DNA of 52,938 nt from Priapulus caudatus (Eukaryota): assembly GCF_000485595.1 (NCBI RefSeq), contig NW_014577070.1:1028677-1081614 (forward strand). The letters run 5' to 3'. Position 1 is the first letter of the stretch, and every line of letters starts with the position of its first letter. The translations under genes and the position numbers were made by a program. Below are positions 13,201 to 52,938 of the stretch, piece by piece. Below the pieces are notes generated by a model. The model did not search any database. It saw only the letters and a program-made list of their open reading frames with translations, and was not told the DNA's origin.

Positions 13201-15301
13201 GCGATGATGCTCGCTCACTAATGGCGGAGTAAAGAATTTCTTTGCCATTAGATATATGTAGACATGCGCATCGTACATCATCTATCATTGTATTTGGAAT
13301 GTGCTCTTCGGACTGATCACTTTGAAATAGCCTAGACATTTGCTAACGGAATTTATCAGTGAAAACCACTAACACTTTCAAGTGCCGCTATGAATATAAT
13401 CACATCGAATTTTCCATCGGTTGCATGCGGGCTTTTAGAGTTGCTACAAGGTAATAGGCTATAAACGGAGGAAAGATATTTAGCAATAGAAAAAACTGCC
13501 TGTGAATAAAATATATTAGTATGGATCACACGCGCTCTCCTGCTGCCGATCATGGGTACATGTTTATTGTACGTTTTAGTGCCAGTAAGGCGTGTCTTTT
13601 CAAAGAAGCTTCTCCGATGCAGCGTGTAACTCGATTGCATACGTTATCATGCTCGCGACAGGCGCGCATGATTCGAACGCCAATACGTACTTACAAACTT
13701 ACGCATGCTATTAGTCTTATGACATGAATAGTTAGTTGACCGCCTTTGAAAGAATGGTCATCGGTTTTTATTTTTGCCGTTAAGAAAACGTCACGCACGG
13801 TTATTAAATACGACTATTTAAAGCAAAGTTTATGCATGTAAATAACAATGAGAAAGATTGTATATGTATAGTTATTGTTTTTACATAGTGCCAGTTTTGT
13901 CAAAATTGCGTCATACTATACATAATGCGTGCCCATAGTGTTGCGTGTAAGTGAACGCAAGTCCATTTGACAGTTGCGACATATATTGCGATGAGCCGAT
14001 CGTTTTTCTCAGTCAGGGCATTCATTACACTGACATGCAATACAAGCACTCAACGATGTAGTGATTGCACTCTCTAACCTTTTCTTCAGAAAAGCTGCAG
14101 TGCGGATGTATAAGCCATAGAACGCACAACACTAGCTAAAATTACTTTTCTGCTAATCTGTAAGGGTTATTTCGCTTTGCGACCCTTTCACCGTAGCTCA
14201 AACCACGCGCTCTGCGTAAAATGATAGTTTTCGGACATCTATTGCGACTTTAGTTTGGCTCCTTCGGCAGCTTTCGCCATCAATATGTAGATTCAGAAAT
14301 CGATGTTTGGATGTTTGACGCCACAACGTCACATCTGTAAGCACGATGTATCCTCCTATGCATCTCAAACGCGCACTGCGTGATTGGATCGATTCGAATA
14401 GACAGCGTAACGGTGCGTGTGCCAATTTCGCATGCGAACTGCACGCAGTCGTACCCTTTATTGGCTAGCTGCCCAGAGACAAGCATGAAATCAAATTGCT
14501 CGTATATAATGAATGGCTATTTGAGCCGTTAATAAAAACCAGCGCTGGTACGCGTATCGATGGCTAGCTTGTTGCACTTGCTACCGCATCTGTGCGAGTC
14601 TGTGGATCAAGACCGGAGTTTCATGCACTCGCGAGCGTTTACTTATCTTTCAAGACTTTCCTCGACTAAGTTTCATTTTGAGTGAATCCGACACCATCCG
14701 CGCTTAAGGAAATCGACGTCGGAACGGTGCAGTAACGCGTGAATGCGCGACAGATTACTATGAATTTACAAAACAAATCCGTTTTTGGACGTTGTTCTCG
14801 ATAATATATGAAGCGTATAGCCGGACTCAAGGTCGCTGTGAGGTTGCACGTAGGTTACATAAGACGATTACGAAACCTCGTAACACGAATGTTTTCGACG
14901 CAAATGACGGTACAATGCTAGAATGTGAGATAGTTTGGGTTTTACGCAGGGTGATCGGAGTGGCCCAAGTTGTTTATTGCGTTTTTGGCGGAAAGTTATG
15001 CACCTTCGGATTGGAACGAATGCATCGATGTGGGTAGCAATATTTTCTAGCGCAAGTCGAAACGCATTTCCTCTCGATGCGGCAGCAGACCCGCAACATA
15101 AATCTGTATGCACATTCTCCGCGGCCGTGATACATTGATTGAATTGTTTTAGCTCAAAGACATTCGCGAAAATGTTTTTAGCTCGCGGCGCGCGCTGTGC
15201 GTGCGCGCGCGCGTGTGTGTATGTGTGTGTGCGTGTGTGCGCGCGTGTGTGTATGTGTGTGTGTATGTGTGTGTGAAATGTGTATGGAATGTGTATGGAA
15301 T

Positions 15302-15368
<67 letters not shown>

Positions 15369-17899
15369 CGCGTGTCGTCGCTCGCGCGCGNNNNNNNNNN
15401 CCTCCCATTTCACTGCGCGTTGTCTTATAAAAGGTATTTTGAAAATACCTCCGATGTTGTTCGATGTTGTTGACAGTTCCCCAATCTCCAAGCAACCGTG
15501 CAGCGGTGCCGCGGTACAGCGGTACGGGCGCAGCAAAGATAAAAACATCTGACGTCACGTCACCACTTCGATGTTATGTTGTTTGAAACAAGTTAGCGTT
15601 GGCGCCTGATTACCTGATTTCGCACCTCTTTCTTGTTAAGAACGCGCAGTCAAATGGGAGGAACTAGAGTTTATTTTGCCATAAGGTAGTATGATTATGC
15701 ATGACACGAAGTATTTGCTAGTCTAGTACTGAAGAAATTAGCGTTTGGATGCGCATTGTGCGGCTTTAAAAATTACTTAGAGTAGAGTAGAGCAATAGCG
15801 TTACAGCGCAGTGTACGTTGAGTGGCGAATAGGCGAGCACATCTAGACGCATGTATGCGTGCGCATAACCTCTGCTATCATACTTCCGGTGTGTATTACT
15901 ATATTTTTTCGTGCGGTTTAGCCGTACGTCGTGAAGCATATTATATTTAATGGGGTTTATAGGTGCGTGGCACTGTTTCGATTTTCAAAATATAGTGCGC
16001 TACCCATTAGTACATATGCTACAGCATTACTATTGTTACGCGTTCTTTCATCGCACCTTCCACATAAATCTATGTTACCTGGGGGGCATTTGCGTTACAC
16101 ACGTTATAAAACTATTTGCCCGACCAAAAATCGTCGTTCACTTGCATAACTTCACTCGCCATTCTATCTCGCCATGTGTCTTTCATCTGGTCGTAAACTA
16201 CATTAGATCGTTTTACACGCGACAGGTTTATGTTTTTGAGTAAAAAGCGAAATATTATGATCAATAGAATGATATACCTACATTATTTCGAACTATACTG
16301 TGTCATATTGCTATACACACCAATGATGACATGTACGGAAAGCATTATATGATGCAGTAGCTGATATCGTTTGACTATAAACACGATATTTATTCATTTT
16401 TAAATGTTGCGCGCAGCTGGAATCTTTTTCGCTATCGTAGCGAAATCATGTGACATTAGGAATGAATCGAATGACAGATACTATATATTTTCTGATAAGA
16501 AATCATTGCGGTAATAGAAGGATGGACGGAATCACTACAAAGTGTTTCGCTGTAATCGCTTTACTAGTCAACGCATTGGTAATTCAATCACTCTAAAACA
16601 TGTAAAGACCTAATAACCGTCTACTCGCTCGCTGCCTGTACATCTCTCAGAAAATTAGATAAGCAAGCGATAAAGGCGGCACTTCGCTTTATTTAAAAAC
16701 ACTTATATTATTATTACGAGTGATCGATTTTCGCTTGTTTCGTAGCGTTGAACATAAAATATTTCCATAAGTGATTGCAACAAAATGTGTGCTTTGAATA
16801 ATAAATCCTTCGTCAGTATTTTATGAGCATGAGCATGAGAAGGCTCCTAGCTTGCTACGAGTGTGCTGGAATGCACGTATAGCAGCTGCCACTCGCCGTA
16901 TGCATGCGAGACATCGAGCCTGCGATTTCGTAATGCTGCGTCACAATTCGCATGCACCTATTCACGCCACCGTACTTAAAGTGGATAAAACTCGCAACTA
17001 AAAGCCTATATACACATACTGTGAGCATACTTTCAGTATGCAAACATCACGAAATGTTCTCATTGAGCCAGAAATGTGCTCTAAAAATGACTATTTTGAA
17101 TTACCCCGTCAGACGCGGTTTTGGCGAGAATACAAATAAATTATGTTGAGCAAAGTGTCAGAGGACGCTAAATAATAGTCCTGCGCTAGCGCAAATAGTT
17201 CCTGGGATGAAAACATAATATTTGTTTCCTGATTGCATATCATTATGTAATGTAGATAACATGTGATTTAAACAAATTTCACAATTTCGTACCGAGTAAA
17301 CATCGAACAATAAAGTATAACATGTGTTACCATATAGAAAAGAACTGTTAATGCAGCACAACGTTCGCTCGGCGGTGTACCGGATGTGTACACACTGTAA
17401 ACATCCTGTGGTGCTACTTTCGTAACTTTCGTTTAGATTTTACGGAGTGGCTGGAGGTACGGCAGCCGTCGTTCGTTGGAGCCCCTTTTTGGCGTTTTTT
17501 TTCCGTCCTATGCGCCGCCTGCTTGCATGGGAAGCCTGTGAGATTAGGCTGGTAAAGTATAGAGAGCTGCTTATTATGATCTACTGCAATCTTCGTACTG
17601 GTGAACGCTATAATTACTCATTAGCGATAGACTAGCACGCACTAACTAAGCTCCTCATAGTTACAATATAGTTGCAGTTAATCAGCGTATAGAAATATTC
17701 CTAGTGACATAATTTATAGCTAGCTATTTCTTACGAGTCACTCCAAACCAACCTTGTCGTTTACGTATGTACGTGCGTGTGCGCGTGCGCGCGCCTGATT
17801 GCGAGCTAATGTCTGTAGCTCACACGCTCACAGACATACAGATTACAGACGCTAGACAGTGAAGAGTCAGGATAAACATGAGCGCGCAGTAGCACGCGC

Positions 17900-17958
<59 letters not shown>

Positions 17959-18575
17959 GCTCTCTTTCTCTCTCTCTCTCTCTCTACTTGTCAATACCTA
18001 CTTGACAAATAAAACTCATCACCGGCTGGCGATACGTACGATCTATATAATAAAGACATAAGATAAGATGCACAGTGGCATTTATATGGTAGAAATTTAT
18101 CATGCGTGTAAATGCGTTTTACGTGACTATTTTCTGAGTATACACTACACACAACATGCATCGAGTACACATACACGCATGCGTGTGTGCGGGTTTGTTA
18201 TGTGTGCGTGTGTGTGCGTGTTCGCACGTATGTACATTGTAAATTTAACGGGTACTGATTGCATGCCCCACATTTCTAGCATACATAGCGTATATGCGCG
18301 TGGCGAATTTTGCAAATTCTCAATTTTCCTTCGCAGTGCCAAGGTGGGTAAAATTAAGAACCGTAAATTATGTGTTAACAATACATACCTTTGTTGAACG
18401 TGGGACGATAAAACATTGTCGCCGCACGACCATTGTGTGGAACCTCTGTTACTTCCAATTACGCCCAAGAATCAGTGAATGATGACAAAGTAATGGGGTA
18501 CCGGCGGAACTAATCCGCAGCGCGGCGCTGATATTCAACTCGGTTTATTCAATGCAATTGTGATTGTAAACACTT

Positions 18576-21141
18576 TAGTCAGGTCCCTTAGCTTCACGAT
18601 CGTTACCTACATAGCTGACAAAAGCATCAAACTTGGCACAGTTGTAGCCTATGGCAGTACTATAAATATTAGAGGGAGTGCCCAATGTAGATATTCCTTA
18701 GAAGTGAATTACAGATGATTAAATGTTGGAACCGCGCCCGCCTGTACTGGCGCATTGTATACAGCTGTTAACCCCCCTTCCCCCCCCCCGCATACGCTAT
18801 AGGCGGCATGAAAGTGTATTAACTCTCATATCTCGCGAACGAATTGAGCTACATTAAAACATATAAACACATGTCTTAGCTATAATCCCTGTGAATTTTG
18901 AGTTTATTGAATCATCACGAATAGTTTAATTAATTACTAAAAATATACGCACGGTATCGCTCATATGCTAATATATACGCGCGGCTATGGCCCGTAGGAT
19001 AGTGTACTAACTCTAATATCTCGCGAACGATTTGAGTTACATTTTCTAAAATTCTAGATACATATAAACACATGTCTTAGCTCTATGGTCTTTGTAAATT
19101 TTTAGTTTGTTAAAGCACGAATAGTTTAATTTATTATAAAAAATATACGCACGGTATCGGAGCCCACGTAAACCACGTACGTAACCGAGCTGACCGTTAA
19201 TTCGGTCCCCCGGACCACATTACTCCGTTCCACACGCCGTGGGCCCGGGGCCGTCACCCGCCTCCCCCGGGCGCGCCGGCTACTTATGTACTGATGCCGT
19301 TTCCCACAGCTTGGCAAGGTATAACACGAGTAGACAGATTCAGTTTGTTAATAACATGTGTGTTTTAGATATAAGTGTCTAGTATATTTAAGAATATTTG
19401 TTGTATTCGTGTACTAACGTACGCACAGTACATCAAAGACGTTTTTTCTCTAAGGGAGATTTGTTTCTAATAGTAATAGACGTCTTTTTCATTAATTGTT
19501 GTTGGTGATCTACGTTCTAATATAGTTCGTTGATATATTGTGTTGCTAATATGACTGTTGTTTTTATGTATACTCGGTATGTCGGTATACAATCCGAGAT
19601 CTATGTCGGTATACACTCTACATTCGTCGCGTGTGAGCGCGGAGACGAAGCACGAGGCGAGAGTGTCGCTGCCGTAAGAAATGAAACCGTAAGTGCACGT
19701 TTACGCCTGTGATTGCTGATTAGTGGATCTGCGCATGATCTGTTGGTTATTATATATACACCCTTCATCACGAATATACCCTAGTGCTATTAACATTATT
19801 TTCATATTTCATTTTTCGACAGTGGTTATGTAACAGTTTGTAAACGAGAGACAAGGTTAGTTTTTTTTGTCTTTTCAGTTGTCGTAATGAAACTTGGAAA
19901 AAACTATAGTTTTAATCCGTATGTTTTTATGATCTACTTTCTCCGCCCACCCGCCCACTATCATCATCGCCCGCCTTGTGAGTTTCTCAACTGCGTCGTA
20001 CAATGCCCGCGGCCGCCGCACCGGTGTGGTCCGTGCCGGGGCGCCGCCGGGTGGGGGAGGCCGGGCGGCGGCGGGCCACGTCCCGTAGGGGGGGGCGGAC
20101 GGCCGGCTGGGAGTTGGTATCGGAACGGTCCGCGCGGTAGTCTCTTGCTTCATCGAGGACATGGCAGCATTCTATGAGAATTCTCAGCAATCGTCGAATA
20201 TCACTGATGGCGTCGCATTTCCCGTGTCAGCGTGCAAGCTTTGCTGTACTTTTGGCAATCCACATAGCCTGGATTCTACTTACGATCGTGCTGCATCTAT
20301 CCGGCTACAGCATCCTACCGGTCGAGTTTAACAAAGCACCGCTTGATGTAATGACATCAAAGGAGTATCTCCGCGAGCAGGCGTGGAAGTACCGCCACCA
20401 GGGACTCGGTGAGGACATTCCTGTAGGAAGGCTGGATGTCGTACTAAACGATGGCCGCTCGACACAACTTATTTTCGACGTGGTGGCCCGGGGGCGCCGC
20501 GGGGGGCCGGGAGGCGGGCCGCGCCGGGGTCCCGGGCCGCGTTGGGGATTTTGGCCGCGGCTGGGATCGGGCCGTGGGGAGGCCGACGCGTAGGTTAGGG
20601 GAGGTGTCCATCCCGCGGGTGGGTCCGGCCCGGTCGTGTATACGTGTACGCTCACGCCCCCCGGCCGATGATGTTGGCGGAGTAGCGGTATGTCATTACA
20701 CTCATAGGCTAATATATACGCGCGGCTATGGCCCGTAGGATAGTATACTAACTCTAATATCTCGCGAAGGATTTGAGTTACATTTCCAGATACCTATAGA
20801 CACATGTGTTAGCTATACTCTCTGCGAATATTGAGTTTATTGACGCACGATTAGTCAATATATTAGCAAATAATTTATATGCGCGCGGAAGTGAATTACA
20901 GATGATTAAATATACTGTACCCGCCTGTACTGTGTGTAGGCCTACTGGGGCGCGGTAGGGGGGTTCGGAGTCGGATGGTTCGAACATTTAATCATCTATA
21001 ATTCAATTCTAAGGAATATCTGCATTGGGCCCTCCGTCTATATAATTATAGTACTGCCATAAGCTACAACTGTGCCAAGTTTGAGACGTTTGTCACTCCT
21101 GTAACGATTCGGCCCATATTTTGCACTAAGGGGCCTGACTA
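18576..21141. mobile_element. Complete non-autonomous Academ-type DNA transposon (2.57 kb)
   Basis: 5'-TAGTCAGGTCCCTTAG ... CTAAGGGGCCTGACTA-3'; imperfect TIRs of about 130 bp (18576-18703 / 21007-21141); 3-bp TSD CTT on both sides; internal ~150-190 bp repeat in three copies. Confidence 0.8.
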
Positions 21142-22449
21142 CTTGCGGGTTGCTAAGTAACCGATTTGACGATCAGCGCCGCTAGCGGCAGGTGCGCGCA
21201 TAGCCGGTGTTTCATTAGGTTTTCGCGCATGCGCGCGCGTGTGTGTATAGGATTGTTTGTGTGTGTCCTTGAACATCACGTGAACCGGCGCAATGTTCAT
21301 TTTAAGCGTTAATAATGGAATATCCTTATCATAGTATTATCACAATCGATGCCTCCGTCGTCTACCTAAAACAGAATCAATGAAGATGAATTATACACTG
21401 TCATAATAACGTAGATGTACCGTGTATAGTCACCACATCGTAATATCAAAACACTTACGATTTAGTCAACAACAAGTAACTCTTTCATGATGACGTGGGG
21501 AGTCACAGGCCGCCGTTCACCGGCTTGGCTGCGCCGCGGATAGATAATGCGATGACTCTCTCTGCGGGGTCAGAGTAATGCTACCGGTCTTCGCGGGGTC
21601 AGGTAACTCTAGCGTGACGGCTAACCCCGTTTTACCACCACTGCACCACTAATAATACACGCACACACACACACAGCTACAGGACGGAGCGGGCCGCAGC
21701 CGGACTTAGATATCGCTGCTGCATTCATCCGTGCAAAAATTCCGAAGATACTCGCGTATAGGAAATGTCCCGTACCCATCGGTTAATTATGACGTGGGTA
21801 CGCAGAAGAGAACACCGTGTTATCTGTTCGCAGTTATAAGTATAGCCGTGTGATTCCAGTGAGTGAAGCGAAGGAGTGTGTCGCAGTGCGTTTGTCGCAC
21901 GCGTGTTCGCGACAATCTCCGTGTGTGCGCGCCAAGTGAATTCGCTCGTGACGAATTAAATGACGATTCGATTCCGGTACGCGGGAACAACGACTGAGTG
22001 CCGTCGTCGCGTCGAGAGTTGCTGCTGCTGATGATGTTGGTTTAGTGATAATCGCGTGCGTACGTGCCACTGATCGCGTTGTGACTCGTCAAACATTTCC
22101 ACCGCTTTCTCATCAGTCAAAGCCACTGTCATTCACGGTGTGTGTGTCTGTGTGTGTGTGTACCTACCGGGAACATTGTTACATCGACGTCTATTTGCTC
22201 AAGTTGTGTGATGTCGATTTCGTGACACACTTTCCGCCTATTTGAAAGCAAGGCCGCAGCGATTGCGCTCGCTTAAATACGCGAAATAACAGACGCACGT
22301 TCGCACAACACATTACAGCGCGGCTCAAAACTGGAGCGAATTACCTAATTGGTGATAGTCGTGACGAACGTTTGTGGAGCTGCGACAGATGAAACGCCAT
22401 CGAGTGGTGGACTCCATGCGTTTACACGAGAGCTGATGCTGATAGAAAT

Positions 22450-51737
<29,288 letters not shown>

Positions 51738-51853
51738 GTACGTTGTTATACTGTTCGCGTTAGTTGTGAGCATGCATCTTACTAGAATGTCAACGTCGAT
51801 CCGTTAGCCCAACGGTTGACGAGATTTCTATTTTCATTGCGATGACACGTCCG

Positions 51854-52938
51854 TAGAACTAACAGGTTCTATCACAGTATGAGCTTGAGATGGGATATCT
51901 CACCCGAGTTATTATCTGTAATGAGGGTGAGATATTTCCAATCTCAAACTCATACTGTGGTAGAACCTTTTTCTCGCATATTTCTTAATTTTTTTAATAT
52001 TTTTTTAATATTTTTTTTTACTTTTTATTGCAGAAAGAACATTTCAGTTCAAATAGTAATTCAATATATTGCAAAATTTTATCAGCACATACAATCAAAA
52101 TCTGCTCCAGCACCTAGTTCTATCATAATTATGTTATCATTAAAAATGATCCTCCCAATTTAAATACGCCTTGCTTATATTATACATGTGTTATTACCGT
52201 AGCCCAGTCCAGATTATAAACACGGTTCTTGGTTATATATACAGTTGTTACTTACCAAGTTATATTTTGAACACAAATTGACCACAGATTTACAGGCATA
52301 AATTACAACACATACTAACTAATGCTGCTACGTCCTGAAAAAACATACACGAAAGTGTCCTTCTAGATGCGCAGCAATATTTTGGCTCAGAAATCGCGTA
52401 TTCTTGCTCCTCGTCGATGAATCATCTTCGTCGAGCTGGTCTTGATCTGACCGTCAGGACATGGCATGATTGTCCAGACGAGCTAAGTATTTACACATGT
52501 CTGTACATTTCAGTCGCACCTGGCAATGCCAGGACACAATTCTGGTAGCTTGCATACTCCTGAGAAACAAATTATAAGGCCAACAAAATCCAGAAAGAGG
52601 CCTGAAGCGTGCTGGCGTGTCCACTGGTCAGCCAGCCACCAGCCAGAGTTGTTTCATTCCTGATCGATCGGCGCCTTCCATATGCCATTTCCAACTGCTG
52701 AGGCGTCATTGTGTGCCTCTAAGGCTTCGGTTTCCGAAAAATTGCATGCGCGTGGTAATTGGCTCGCTGTACGTGTTTTCGGAACGCAGTTCATTGGCAT
52801 GGAGGTAATTGGTGGGCCTCTCAATACTGCGCCCTCTCTTGCAGGACAGAATACGATGGTAATCGAAGGCTATTGGAAGTATCCTTTGGACGTAGACCTG
52901 GATGCATATAGGAGGCATCGTGATAATTCTCGAGCAGC
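51854..52938 (-). mobile_element. 3' end of a coding Academ-type DNA transposon in DUOX intron 28 (continues beyond window)
   Basis: Minus-strand fragments QLPPC (about 52797-52811), KHVQRANYHA (about 52749-52779), CKLP, LKCTDMCK (52490-52513) and an acidic tail match the LPP...H..RANY...Cys-rich finger C-terminus of Academ proteins; terminus begins TAG at 51854 with a subterminal 41-bp inverted repeat; many frameshifts. Confidence 0.75.

Overview
Eukaryotic (invertebrate animal) draft-genome window, rich in microsatellites and transposon relics, with three N-gaps and several stretches whose indel pattern looks like uncorrected long-read gap fill. The dominant feature is an intron-rich dual oxidase (DUOX) gene on the + strand. 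I traced 28 exons by hand from a putative signal-peptide exon at 22450 to 51737 (about 1,225 codons: peroxidase-like domain, TM, PH-like/EF-hand region, ferric-reductase TM domain). The FAD/NADPH-binding C-terminus lies beyond the window. All junctions are GT-AG and phase-consistent except around exons 6 and 25, which carry frameshifts that are probably assembly errors. The protein is protostome/ecdysozoan-like but divergent, with a degenerate second EF-hand. Mobile DNA includes a complete 2.57-kb Academ-type element (TAG...CTA ends, CTT TSD) just upstream of DUOX that carries an unexplained ORF with a hydrophobic segment, the 3' end of a coding Academ element in intron 28, Harbinger-type MITEs and a Myb/SANT relic, a hAT-like element, Penelope GIY-YIG relics and a 40-bp perfect palindrome with a 7-bp flanking repeat. 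A candidate minus-strand exon near 5.2-5.7 kb overlaps a partial homeobox-like reading frame. No database searches were run; family assignments rest on motif recognition.
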